From IMG/VR virus record IMGVR_UViG_3300028888_000115, positions 11,458 through 75,457 of that record: a stretch of 64,000 nt of DNA; one strand, written 5' to 3'. The stretch is from a virus. Taxonomy: Duplodnaviria > Caudoviricetes. A program made the position numbers and the translations under genes. The notes below the pieces were generated by a model. It was not told the DNA's origin and searched no databases. It worked only from the letters and a program-made list of their open reading frames with translations. Positions 29,131-38,778 of the stretch are shown here, in pieces (the stretch's first letter is position 1; every line of letters begins with the position of its first letter).

Positions 29131-29991
29131 GTGAACAAATTCGATTCGCTGGGCGATAGGATGAAAGGGTACGAAAACGTACAGAGATACTATCTCACGC
29201 GCCGCGTTCCGGTTATTGTTCGCCTTTAGCTTGACGGAAAAGCGTTCCATTCCTTCACGAAAGGAATGCAGAAGCCTTTTGACCGGTTCTTGATGACTGT
29301 GATGCAGGAAACGATGCTGAGCCTGTGCAAAGAAATTCAGGGCTGCGTGTTCGGGTACACCCAGTCGGATGAGATAACGCTGGTGCTGACAGACTATAAG
29401 ACCATCAAGACGGATGCGTGGTTTGGCTATAACATCCAGAAAATGGCAAGCGTGTCCGCGTCAATCGCGACATTGGAGTTCAACCGGATCTTCCGAGAAA
29501 AAAGTAATTATGTCAAGGCAGCGGCTTTTTTGGAAGGGAAAAAGGATGAATCCGGGGTGCTGAATCCGGAAGACGGTCTTGTGAGACGGGCAATGCTTCT
29601 GGCTTCAAAGTATAACAAGGCCTTGTTCGATTCCAGATGCTTCTCGGTCCCGGAAGATGAGGTGTGCAACTGCCTGATCTGGCGGCAGCAGGACGCCACT
29701 CGGAACAGCATTGAAGCTGCGGGGCAGGCAAACTTCTCGCACTCCGAACTGCACGGGAAAAGCTGCAACGAGATCCAAGACATGCTCTTCACAAAGAAGG
29801 GAATCAACTGGAACGACTATCCGACAGACTTCAAACGCGGAGCGGCGTGCTATCGTGTGAATACGACAGTGGAGATGCCTGACCGCATGACTCCTGGACA
29901 TAATATTGAGGTGACACGCCGCATCTGGACGGTGGACTGCGAGATCCCGGTGTTCTCACAAGACCGAGATTTCGTTGAAAAGTGGCTGTGA
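29131..29991 (+). pseudogene. thg1: Thg1-like tRNA-His guanylyltransferase interrupted by an in-frame TAG
   Basis: LGDRMKGYE...VIVRL*LDGKAFHSFT...YTQSDEI...FDSR...WRQQDATRN; TAG at 29227-29229 plus an extra CTT just before the catalytic Asp. Confidence 0.85.
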
Positions 29992-30002
29992 GGGGATAAC
30001 AA

Positions 30003-30689
30003 ATGAGTTTTTGGACCTATATCCGAGGCATGATCACGGTTGAACCGATGGGCCGCACACAGGCCGAGAAGCGGTATATTCTGGATACTGTCCTTGAGCA
30101 CCTTCCGAGAGTCACCGGATCAGAAAAAGACATGCATATTCATGTTATCCAGAGAGCAGGGCATGACATGTCATGCAGCAGTGATGAGTTCGGCATGCAC
30201 ACGAACAACCTGATCGGGTATTTAGGAGATTATGATAGCCGAACGAGAAGAGGATCGCTTCAGATCCAGACGCAGTACTTTCTTGTTTTGGAAGCGGATC
30301 TCAGGGACCGAGTATTTGAAGAGACGAAGAAAGAGTTTCTCAAGTGGCTGGTGCGTCTGGCTAAGAGAGTTTACGTATCCGACGTTTTTGTCGAGATTCG
30401 CAGCGATTATCCCGAAAGAGAGTGGGTGATCAGAGATCACTGGAATTTCGGCGATCTGTGTGAGGCACCGTCTTGGTCACTGGATGACAAAGAACTTTCT
30501 GATCCGAATTACACGGGCCCAAACTGGTGCGAGTTCATGATGTGGGATTATGGGCATGAAAGCGATATGCCGATGCTCCTGCTACACAAATACTTCAAGG
30601 ATGAAGTCAACGATGCTGAGGTGGAGCACCGCAGAAACCATGGAGGGCGTCACTGGACCAGACAGGAAAAATGGGGAGACCCAAAGTGA
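30003..30689 (+). CDS. hypothetical phage protein
   Basis: GAGG RBS. Confidence 0.8.
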   Translation: MSFWTYIRGMITVEPMGRTQAEKRYILDTVLEHLPRVTGSEKDMHIHVIQRAGHDMSCSSDEFGMHTNNLIGYLGDYDSRTRRGSLQIQTQYFLVLEADLRDRVFEETKKEFLKWLVRLAKRVYVSDVFVEIRSDYPEREWVIRDHWNFGDLCEAPSWSLDDKELSDPNYTGPNWCEFMMWDYGHESDMPMLLLHKYFKDEVNDAEVEHRRNHGGRHWTRQEKWGDPK

Positions 30690-31213
30690 GCAAAAGCATG
30701 GATAAAAGAAAAAGCAAATGTCGGACATGCATTCATAACGGTGAAAGAGGCTGGGATGGTCGGTGCTTCGACTGTGTGTATCCAGATTCCATAGATGGAA
30801 AACAATACGAATTGTATGAGCCGATCTTTGAACTCTCCAAGGAACACAGATGTGACTATTGCAACGGCCTTATTGGGGAGGACGGTGTGTGCCAAAGGTG
30901 CGGTGCAGAATTCAGTGTTACGCGGCTCCCAAAGGCTGATGGAAGCTATGTGCCGGTTGGTGTTATTCAAGAAAAAGAAAGCCAAGCGTTCGTGCTTGGC
31001 GGCACCGTCGTTGTGACTGAGGATCAAGCAAAAGTTTTTAAGGACAGTGCAGAAAACTATGCAAGGCAGCACATCACAAGGATGATTGCGGAAAAAATTG
31101 CTCAGGAAGAGCTTATTGAGCTTGTGAAGAGAGAGTTCCCGGATGTTGGGAGGACGTTTTACACAGGACGCCTCCGTGTACTACGCCCGGAGTTCAAATT
31201 TGGAGAGAATTAA
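30671..31213 (+). CDS. Cys-rich hypothetical protein
   Basis: ORF; start uncertain. Confidence 0.6.
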   Translation: MGRPKVSKSMDKRKSKCRTCIHNGERGWDGRCFDCVYPDSIDGKQYELYEPIFELSKEHRCDYCNGLIGEDGVCQRCGAEFSVTRLPKADGSYVPVGVIQEKESQAFVLGGTVVVTEDQAKVFKDSAENYARQHITRMIAEKIAQEELIELVKREFPDVGRTFYTGRLRVLRPEFKFGEN

Positions 31214-31216
31214 AAG

Positions 31217-31858
31217 ATGCTGGAAGAACTTGTGAACAATGCGGTATATCGGGCGTGCAGAGAAGTTTACGAGGATGCTCCAAAGATCCGCATCAAAGGG
31301 GAAAAGTATCCGCCAGACCCGTTGGAGGGCTTCTACTACAATGCGGGATACCACACACGGTTTGATTTTCTCCCTGGAGTAGACGGAAGGTCTGGACTTT
31401 GGAAAAAAGGCAGTCTGTTCCGTAAAGCGTGGCTGTACTTCAATGACAACGGCGACAAAATATTCCTTGGTTATGTTCGGGACCGATTTGACGGCGACCT
31501 GAAAGCCGGGATGATCCAGATGACAAACTACAACAGTCTGAGAGACGATTACATCAAATACTTCGGCGAGCGAAGGAGGAAACACTTGGAACAGGAACAG
31601 AAAGCGCTCGAAGCGGCTGGCGCTGCGCTGAGCGTAAGAAAGAGAACTCCGCAGAGTCACGGAGGTGTTGCAAATCTTCTGAAGGTTCTGACAAAGACCA
31701 TGACGGAACAGGGCAGCAGCATTCAGACCATCGCGAAAGTACAGTACGCGGTTTGCATTCAGGCGGGAATTGCCCTTCCAACTGACTTCCTGACTGACGT
31801 GATCGTGGCCGAGGAGATTATCAATGAAGAATGGGGTCACCAAGAAGACAAGATTTGA
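31217..31858 (+). CDS. hypothetical protein
   Basis: ORF. Confidence 0.7.
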   Translation: MLEELVNNAVYRACREVYEDAPKIRIKGEKYPPDPLEGFYYNAGYHTRFDFLPGVDGRSGLWKKGSLFRKAWLYFNDNGDKIFLGYVRDRFDGDLKAGMIQMTNYNSLRDDYIKYFGERRRKHLEQEQKALEAAGAALSVRKRTPQSHGGVANLLKVLTKTMTEQGSSIQTIAKVQYAVCIQAGIALPTDFLTDVIVAEEIINEEWGHQEDKI

Positions 31859-31882
31859 ATAGAACGGAAAGGGGAAAAGAAC

Positions 31883-32128
31883 GTGAAGAAATGGATCAAT
31901 GAAAACAAGCAGGAGATCGTTGGCGGTATTGTTGTACTTGCGGTGCTTCTGAGCATTATCTTGGGCATTGCAAAGTCGTTCGGTGCAAGTTTGCTCCAGG
32001 AAACCGAACCGCTTTCGCCAATATTCATTGTGTTTTGCGTGTGGGTTGCATGGTTTCTGTTCAAGCTGGCCTTTGAAACGGTCAGGATGGTCAATCAGAC
32101 GCGCGACAAAAAGACGGATGACAAGTGA
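31883..32128 (+). CDS. small membrane protein
   Basis: Two TM-like segments. Confidence 0.65.
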   Translation: MKKWINENKQEIVGGIVVLAVLLSIILGIAKSFGASLLQETEPLSPIFIVFCVWVAWFLFKLAFETVRMVNQTRDKKTDDK

Positions 32129-32442
32129 TGAAAGAGTTTGTTTCTAAAGACGAGGCAAAGAGCGCTCTGTCGGCAGCGTTCGCTTTCCATAGCTACGCCG
32201 GTCCTACGGCGTGCGCTGTGATTGACAGGTTACCTCCTGCGGACGTGGAAGAAAAGCGGCGGTGGCACGATCTGAGGAGCGATCCTGATGACCTTCCGGA
32301 AAAACAGGGAACCTATCTGATCGTCACCAATCAGGGCAAAGTCGTTTCTGCCACTTATGCGCCGAATTTCAAGAAATTCAACGGATCTGCTGGAAAGAGC
32401 GCGACCCATTGGCAGAACACGCCGGAGCCGCCGAAGGAGTAA
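32128..32442 (+). CDS. DUF551-like protein
   Basis: WHDLRSDPDDLPE...YLIVT...ATHWQNTPEPP. Confidence 0.65.
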   Translation: MKEFVSKDEAKSALSAAFAFHSYAGPTACAVIDRLPPADVEEKRRWHDLRSDPDDLPEKQGTYLIVTNQGKVVSATYAPNFKKFNGSAGKSATHWQNTPEPPKE

Positions 32443-32449
32443 CTTGAGC

Positions 32450-32662
32450 ATGGAGAAGCAGGAAACGTCAGAGACCAATAGCTGGGTGTATGTCGGAAAG
32501 GACGGACTGTACGAGGTAGGAACCGTCTTTGAGGCGGCAGGCGGAAACGACCCTGTCGGAGATGGATTCTACCTTAAAACGAGGCCGCACGCGTGCTCTA
32601 TGGCTGGATGCGCTGCCTGCGGAAACCGCCTTTGTCCGATTTTGTGCATAACGAAATCTTGA
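32450..32662 (+). CDS. hypothetical protein
   Basis: AAGGAG RBS. Confidence 0.5.
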   Translation: MEKQETSETNSWVYVGKDGLYEVGTVFEAAGGNDPVGDGFYLKTRPHACSMAGCAACGNRLCPILCITKS

Positions 32663-32694
32663 GAATCAAAAAGAACAGATGGAGGAGACGGAGC

Positions 32695-32955
32695 ATGAAG
32701 AAGTTTGCGATGGTACTTTTTGTGCTGATTGTGTCTGTTTTTCTTGTCGGGTGCGGCAGTAACAGACAGTGGTTTGACACGACCTACGAATTCGACTACG
32801 CCATGATCAGGCTCCCGGACGGCAAGGTTGTGGAAGGAACTGTGGAGACGTGGAGAGACTTTGATGACGGAGATCAGCTTCAAGTCCGGATAAACGGAAC
32901 GACTTATCTGACACATTCCTGCAATGTTGTTCTGGAAGCGAGGAACGGCGGATGA
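32695..32955 (+). CDS. small lipoprotein
   Basis: Signal peptide with lipobox LVGC. Confidence 0.75.
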   Translation: MKKFAMVLFVLIVSVFLVGCGSNRQWFDTTYEFDYAMIRLPDGKVVEGTVETWRDFDDGDQLQVRINGTTYLTHSCNVVLEARNGG

Positions 32956-33161
32956 CTGGACTGAGGCCTGGAGACAAGGTACGCATGACCGACAAGTACT
33001 TTGAAGGCGAACAGCACGCCGGGAAGGTCTGGAAAGTTCGGTCGTGGCCGTGGACCACCTGCGGAGAGGAAGTTGTACTTCTGGAAGGTTTCACAGGCGG
33101 ATACGCCGTGGATGGGTTGGAACTGGTAGAGAGAAGCAGCGAGGAGGTTTTCGGACCATGA
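32952..33161 (+). CDS. hypothetical protein
   Basis: ATGA overlap. Confidence 0.65.
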   Translation: MTGLRPGDKVRMTDKYFEGEQHAGKVWKVRSWPWTTCGEEVVLLEGFTGGYAVDGLELVERSSEEVFGP

Positions 33162-33481
33162 CAACGACAGAACTGATTGCATTGTTGAAAAAGAACGAGT
33201 TCGGCGGAGCAACCGGCAGACCGAGAGAAATCTCTTTCAGATTTCGCGACATGCTGATAGCGGACCCGGATATCGAGGTTGTTGGCACCGGTGACGGACT
33301 CATCACGGACATTGAGCTGGAACTGGTACAGGAAGACAACAGCAGAATCTATTTCAGCGACGGAGAAGAATACGAAGACCTCCTGATGAGATACAAGGCC
33401 CTTGGAACGCCAGAAGAAATTGAGGCCGTTATCGACAAGCGGCTGATAGAGATTGCGGAAGATCAAAGGCGGGAAGTGTGA
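33158..33481 (+). CDS. hypothetical protein
   Basis: GGAGG RBS. Confidence 0.65.
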   Translation: MTTTELIALLKKNEFGGATGRPREISFRFRDMLIADPDIEVVGTGDGLITDIELELVQEDNSRIYFSDGEEYEDLLMRYKALGTPEEIEAVIDKRLIEIAEDQRREV

Positions 33482-33984
33482 TGGCCGATAAACCGAAACT
33501 CTTTGTCATGTGCGGCATGAGCGGCAGCGGGAAAACGACGTTCGCAAAGCGATTTTGCGAAACGAGGGAACTCAGATACCTCAATCCGGATCAGTTCTAC
33601 GAACTGTTCAACGGAGACGAGCGAAACCACAGCAATGAGTTTGATGTCTGGATGGCAGTTTATCGGGCCTTGCATATTGCCGAGCAGGAGAAAGTCGATA
33701 CAATCCTTGACACAAACTGTCCGTCCTTCTCTGGACGAAACCAACTGATCGAATTCTTCCCGGACTTTGACCATCACCTCATCGTGATACAGGCGGATCT
33801 GGACCTTTGCCTGAAAAACAATGCCAAGAGATACAGGCAGATACCGGAAAACGAGATGCGGCGAATGTGGACCGCCTTCCAGTATCCGGAGATCAGCGAG
33901 TGGAAATACTGGAAGAGCATGATCTGGTACCGCAACATGAACAACCAAGGCTTCCAGCAGATGCACATGATCAGGCATATATAA
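33481..33984 (+). CDS. P-loop kinase (AAA_33 / polynucleotide 5'-kinase-like)
   Basis: MCGMSGSGKTT, LNPD, ILDTN, CLKNNAKRYRQIPE. Confidence 0.8.
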   Translation: MADKPKLFVMCGMSGSGKTTFAKRFCETRELRYLNPDQFYELFNGDERNHSNEFDVWMAVYRALHIAEQEKVDTILDTNCPSFSGRNQLIEFFPDFDHHLIVIQADLDLCLKNNAKRYRQIPENEMRRMWTAFQYPEISEWKYWKSMIWYRNMNNQGFQQMHMIRHI

Positions 33985-34017
33985 GCCCCGTCATACTGTA
34001 AATTTTATATAGTTTTA

Positions 34018-34085
34018 GGCACTAATATTTGTACATATTGTCAATTGAAAATCCGGATGCTTTTTGGTATACTGTAGATGCTGAG
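34018..34085 (+). promoter_or_regulatory. early promoter P5 with operator
   Basis: GGCACTAATATTTGTACA 34018-34035; TTGAAA 34045-34050, 17 bp, TATACT; ATGCTG. Confidence 0.75.
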
Positions 34086-34135
34086 AGGGGAGCTAACGGG
34101 TTGTTCCCGCTGCGGCGGGAGGAAGGAGATTGACA

Positions 34136-34501
34136 ATGGCGAAAGCTGCAAATCATTCATTCAAGGTCGGCGACATTCTGGCTTCTTCTTGGGGCTATGA
34201 ACAGACGAACATCAGCCTGTATCAGGTTGTGGCCTTGAACGGCGCTTCGATGGTGACGGTCAAGCCGTGCCGTCTTCCGGTCAACAAGGTCCACGCGGTA
34301 AGCGGAATGTCTGAGGACATCTCTTTCAAGCTCCCGATGCCGGGAACAATTGTGGCGGATGAGAAGGCGAAGCCGATTCGCCGGAAGGTCAAGAACTACT
34401 ATCAAGACAACAGGCCAGAGGGCGATCTGATTGAGATTTCGAGCTACGAGGACGCTCACCACTACAACGGCGAGAAGATGTATCGAAGCTGGTATGCATG
34501 A
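34136..34501 (+). CDS. hypothetical early protein
   Basis: FKVGDILASSWGYEQTN; AAGGAG RBS. Confidence 0.8.
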   Translation: MAKAANHSFKVGDILASSWGYEQTNISLYQVVALNGASMVTVKPCRLPVNKVHAVSGMSEDISFKLPMPGTIVADEKAKPIRRKVKNYYQDNRPEGDLIEISSYEDAHHYNGEKMYRSWYA

Positions 34502-34575
34502 CGGCGAAAGCCGCTTTTCTTCTGCTGGGAAGATGCTTTGAAGCGTTCAAAAGATGATGAACGGAGGGGGATACG

Positions 34576-35088
34576 ATGATCTGGACACCGACAGAAATCA
34601 AGAGCGGGCTTGATGACCGGTTTTGGGACAAGTACCACTCTGAGGATGTGCCGCCGATGGAAGAGCCAGCCGAAACAAAGGCCGGTGAACTGCTGAAAGC
34701 GGTCGGAATCATCGTCTTCCGGTATTTCAGCTACGGCGAAATGGTCGGCGGAGACTGGGACACTGAGTATGTCAATCCGGCAGCGAGATTTGTTGCCGAG
34801 ACTTATCCGGGAACAGAGCTTGCCGGAGCAATCAAGGCCATGTGGAAGGTGCAGTGGCACGATACTTACAAGAGCAGCTTGGCGGTCCTGACGAAGATGG
34901 TCATGGATTACTTGGAAAGCCACGAGAATCTTTTCACGGAGGAAAACGAGTGGGATTGCCTTGAATTCACGGGCCCGGAGGATAAGCCGATTGACGATGA
35001 AGAGGAAGAAGACGAGGACGAATGGGGTGGCAAAAGCCAGCGAGAAATCGATCTGGCCGAGTATCCGCCGCTGGATTGGAGGAGGTAA
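34576..35088 (+). CDS. acidic hypothetical protein
   Basis: GGAGG RBS. Confidence 0.75.
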   Translation: MIWTPTEIKSGLDDRFWDKYHSEDVPPMEEPAETKAGELLKAVGIIVFRYFSYGEMVGGDWDTEYVNPAARFVAETYPGTELAGAIKAMWKVQWHDTYKSSLAVLTKMVMDYLESHENLFTEENEWDCLEFTGPEDKPIDDEEEEDEDEWGGKSQREIDLAEYPPLDWRR

Positions 35089-35092
35089 AGGT

Positions 35093-35416
35093 ATGATCAA
35101 AGCGGATGGAATCTGGGCATTTCACGGCACGATGATTTATTCACCGCCGAACCCGAAGTTTCGGAAGGAGATCAAGGGTGACTTCGTTCACCGGCAGTTC
35201 GACGGCGAGGGGTACTGGTACGACGGATGGTCCAGTTATGATGACCGGTTCTGCGAGGTTCACGAAGATCTGAGCGCGGCGGATCTGGTCGAGGAACTGG
35301 AAAAGCGGATTGCGAGCCTGAAGGGGCTTGTGGTTACTGGCGAGAATCTTCCGGAGATTCAGGCGATTATCGATAACACGGAGACGTGGATCGATGGAGT
35401 AAAGGCAAGAATTTGA
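35093..35416 (+). CDS. hypothetical protein
   Basis: GGAGGT RBS. Confidence 0.7.
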   Translation: MIKADGIWAFHGTMIYSPPNPKFRKEIKGDFVHRQFDGEGYWYDGWSSYDDRFCEVHEDLSAADLVEELEKRIASLKGLVVTGENLPEIQAIIDNTETWIDGVKARI

Positions 35417-35440
35417 AAGGGAAGGGGACTGATTTAAACT

Positions 35441-36250
35441 GTGATTGGAGCAATTATCGGAGATATCGTTGGATCTCGTTTCGAGTTCCACAACACAAAT
35501 ACAAAGAAGTTCGAGTTCTTCACGGAGGAATGCCGGTTTACAGATGACACCGTGATGACTCTGGCGGTGGCTGAAAGCCTGATGCGCAGCAGAAAGAACA
35601 ACTACAAGGATCTCCCGAACGTGACCGCGCGGACAATGCACGAGATCGGCAGGCGCTATCCTCGTGCCGGGTACGGCGGACGATTCGCAAGATGGATGTT
35701 CTCGGAGATCTGGATTCCGTACAATTCCTGCGGAAACGGCAGCGCGATGCGCATTTCTGCCGTTGGAGATATTGCGGAGTCCGTCGAGGAAGCCAAGAAA
35801 CTGTCTGCCGCTGTGACGGAGATCACGCACAATCATCCGGAAGGAATGAAGGGCGCGGAGGCTGCGGCGGTCGCAAAGGTGATGCTCAAGACCGGCAGCA
35901 CGCTGAGTCAGGTCGAGAGCTATATCAACGACCACTACTACAAGCTTGACAAAACCGTCAATGAGCTTCGAGAGGAGACGCAGGGCCAGCATGGAAAAGA
36001 AATCTGCCAGGTTACCATGCCGCAGGCTTTCACTTGCCTGTTTGAAGGAACTGACTTTGAGGATGTCATTAGAAATTGCATCTCTATTGGGGGCGACAGC
36101 GATACGATTGCTGCTATTGCCGGTGGTATTGCTGAGGCGGTTTACCCGGTCCCGGTAGAAATGCAGAAGACGGCCAAGAAGTTCCTGACGCGGGATCTGA
36201 GGGACATCGCTGCAAGATGGGAGAGGTTCACCGGTGGTAAAGAAGGCTAA
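35441..36250 (+). CDS. ADP-ribosylglycohydrolase (DraG/ARH family)
   Basis: GAIIGDIVGS, FTDDT, SCGNGSAMR, THNHPEG, GGDSDTIAAIAG. Confidence 0.93.
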   Translation: MIGAIIGDIVGSRFEFHNTNTKKFEFFTEECRFTDDTVMTLAVAESLMRSRKNNYKDLPNVTARTMHEIGRRYPRAGYGGRFARWMFSEIWIPYNSCGNGSAMRISAVGDIAESVEEAKKLSAAVTEITHNHPEGMKGAEAAAVAKVMLKTGSTLSQVESYINDHYYKLDKTVNELREETQGQHGKEICQVTMPQAFTCLFEGTDFEDVIRNCISIGGDSDTIAAIAGGIAEAVYPVPVEMQKTAKKFLTRDLRDIAARWERFTGGKEG

Positions 36251-36458
36251 GGTTATTGAGCAGTATCAGGTCAACTTATACTGCGACAAGTGCGGAAAGA
36301 GAATCGATAAGTATTCTCAATTCCTGACGACATATCCTCCACAGTACGTATACCAATGCGAGTGCGGGTGGAAAACTACCACTACCGATGTATACCCGCA
36401 CACGGTTGTAGTGTTCGATGAGACAAATGCCGAGATCCTGCAGGATAAAGTCATTTAG
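36234..36458 (+). CDS. small zinc-ribbon protein
   Basis: CDKC...CEC. Confidence 0.6.
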   Translation: MVKKAKVIEQYQVNLYCDKCGKRIDKYSQFLTTYPPQYVYQCECGWKTTTTDVYPHTVVVFDETNAEILQDKVI

Positions 36459-36465
36459 GTGTGCT

Positions 36466-36729
36466 ATGAAAATGGAGATCAGTAAAACAGTTACGAAGAC
36501 CTACAAGATTTCTTTCATACAGTATTGGGGAAAGTACGGTGAGTTTGTAAAACAGCGTAAAGAAGTGTTCGGCGGAGACGGCAAGATGAAGAAGCTCTGC
36601 AAATGCTTCAACTGCGGACACAGGTTTGCTGACGACGAGGATATCAACGCTGCGTTTATGATCAGGCACCAGAATGTGTTCGTCTGCAACAAGTGCGCAG
36701 ACAAGCTGCGTGGAGAAAACGAAGAGTAA
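36466..36729 (+). CDS. small zinc-binding protein
   Basis: CFNC...CNKC. Confidence 0.65.
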   Translation: MKMEISKTVTKTYKISFIQYWGKYGEFVKQRKEVFGGDGKMKKLCKCFNCGHRFADDEDINAAFMIRHQNVFVCNKCADKLRGENEE

Positions 36730-37010
36730 GAAAAACCGGAGGGTGCGCCCTTGACGACCTTTTGTCCTTTCATCGTCGGGGTGGAGAAATAATAAACGTA
36801 ATAACTTAAAGCACCGCGAACCGCAGGCATGACGCGGACACGTAAAGACAGAAAGCGGGTCCTCCCAAAAATCCTTACAGAAGATGAACAGGGCGTGATA
36901 GGGGCCTGTGAGTAATCAGAAACGCCTTCTGCCTGCAAGCGCCGGTCAGTTTTGAACGGTCTGACCGGCAAACAGTTCTGGATGGTGCACAATCCAGAAC
37001 TGTCATATAT

Positions 37011-37095
37011 GTGCCTGTGGTGGAACTGGTATTCACATCCGATTTAAGATCGGACGCCAAAAGGATTGAGAGTTCAAATCTCTCCGGGCACACCA
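37011..37095 (+). tRNA. tRNA-Leu(TAA)
   Basis: Cloverleaf, TCCGA-TTTAAGA-TCGGA, variable arm, encoded CCA. Confidence 0.92.
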
Positions 37096-37098
37096 CGC

Positions 37099-37175
37099 GC
37101 TTCCGTGCTGCAACCGGTAGACAGGGGCGGCTCAAACCCGTCTGTTTCCGAGTTCGAATCTCGGCGGAAGCACCA
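37099..37175 (+). tRNA. tRNA-Leu(CAA) with short variable loop
   Basis: GCTTCCG/CGGAAGC, GGCGG-CTCAAAC-CCGTC, 5-nt variable loop, A73, CCA. Confidence 0.85.
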
Positions 37176-37199
37176 ATTAATCAGAAAAGGAGAGACAAG

Positions 37200-37844
37200 A
37201 TGGCGGTAGACATCCAGAAAGCGAAAGACGAATTCAGCATGATCTATGATCACATCGAAAGAGATGGGGCTATGGCGCTGTATGACTGGCTGGAAAACGA
37301 GACGGACTTTTTCAGTGCTCCGGCCAGCAGCAAGTACCATCTTTGCGAACCGGGCGGATTGTGCCAGCACAGCATCAACGTGTACAACCGACTCAAGATG
37401 TTCCTTGACTGTGAGTACGGCAAAAACAATCCTTACAGCGAAGAGACAATCGCGATTGTTGCGCTGCTGCACGACCTGTGTAAGACCGACTTCTATGAGA
37501 TGGATTGGAAAAACCAGAAAAACTACGACCAGGAGGTTGTCCGCAACGCACTTCCGAAAGAGAGAAAGAGCGATAACAGGGGAGAGTTCATCTGGGAGAG
37601 TGTTCCCACCTACACGATCCGCGAGCAATTCATCTATGGTCACGGAGAGAAGAGCGTTTATTTGATCCGGAACTATATGAATCTGACGGACGAAGAGGCT
37701 CAGGCGATCCGGTTTCACATGGGCAGCTTTACCGAAGCCGACAAGAACAATGCTGGCAAGGTCTACGCCCAAAGCCCTCTGGCCTTCTACTTGAATATGG
37801 CGGATGGAGCCGCGACCTTCTTGGATGAGCCGAGGGGTGAGTGA
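37200..37844 (+). CDS. HD-domain phosphohydrolase
   Basis: APASSKYH...GGLCQHSINV...ALLHDLCK...GHGEKS. Confidence 0.88.
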   Translation: MAVDIQKAKDEFSMIYDHIERDGAMALYDWLENETDFFSAPASSKYHLCEPGGLCQHSINVYNRLKMFLDCEYGKNNPYSEETIAIVALLHDLCKTDFYEMDWKNQKNYDQEVVRNALPKERKSDNRGEFIWESVPTYTIREQFIYGHGEKSVYLIRNYMNLTDEEAQAIRFHMGSFTEADKNNAGKVYAQSPLAFYLNMADGAATFLDEPRGE

Positions 37845-38158
37845 TGGAAATTCCGGAAGCAAAGTCGCTTAGATGGCTGGCGAATATGTTCCCGTATACA
37901 GAAGGAGCGGTGGATCAGGTCGACAAAATGAGCAACTGCATCCATCTGTATGCGACGAACGGCGCGAACAAGATTGACGAACTGGCGAACAGAAAGCAGG
38001 GAACATGGATCTATAACACAGACGGATGGACTCCACACCTTCGGTGTTCGGAATGCGGATTCAACTTTCCGGTTGTTGCTGCCGAAGATGGAGATCCTAC
38101 GCCGAGAAAGTTTTGCTCCAACTGCGGAGCTCCCATGATGGAAGGAGAACTGATATGA
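37844..38158 (+). CDS. zinc-ribbon protein
   Basis: CSECG...FCSNCGAPM. Confidence 0.7.
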   Translation: MEIPEAKSLRWLANMFPYTEGAVDQVDKMSNCIHLYATNGANKIDELANRKQGTWIYNTDGWTPHLRCSECGFNFPVVAAEDGDPTPRKFCSNCGAPMMEGELI

Positions 38159-38565
38159 CCGCAAAAGAGATGGCGGAAATCCTCAATGGTCGGGAATACG
38201 GCATGGAGGTAGATTCGGACGACAAAGCTGCGGCGAAGGCCAGCGGACTTGTGATCGTCTACGGGTACTCGGATGACTGCGCGGAACTGGAAGGGGCAAT
38301 CGATGACGAGGTGTCCTGCTACGATGGCGGCGGGTTCTCTGTCACCAAAGACCGCGTTTGGAACGGTCCGGATTGCGGAAACGACAGGTGCGAGTTCTAC
38401 CAAGCCGCAAAGAAGGAAGCCAAATTGATTACTGCGATTTGGTGTGATCCGGAATCTGGGGCGTCTTGGTCTTACAAGACGGACATCCCGCACGAGACCT
38501 TCAACATCTACGAAGACGGAGAACTGTTTTGTATCGGAATCGTATTCAGCATAGACGACCTGTAA
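38155..38565 (+). CDS. conserved phage protein
   Basis: AKASGLVIVYGYSDD...IPHETFNIYEDGE. Confidence 0.8.
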   Translation: MTAKEMAEILNGREYGMEVDSDDKAAAKASGLVIVYGYSDDCAELEGAIDDEVSCYDGGGFSVTKDRVWNGPDCGNDRCEFYQAAKKEAKLITAIWCDPESGASWSYKTDIPHETFNIYEDGELFCIGIVFSIDDL

Positions 38566-38778
38566 ACTGGCTGACGGAGCGGCAAAGGCAATATCTGGAA
38601 AGAGCCTGCCAAGCAGCCGGTCTGGCTCTTCCAAAGAATCCGGATACGATGCTCTTGTGCGGCGGTTCAAGGGGCGGCGGAAAGCTTTTCTTCAAATGGG
38701 CTTATGAGGCCGGAATTGAGAATCCGATGCTGATAAACGTCCTGACGGAAGAGGGCATGGAATTGAGAAAAAAGATAC

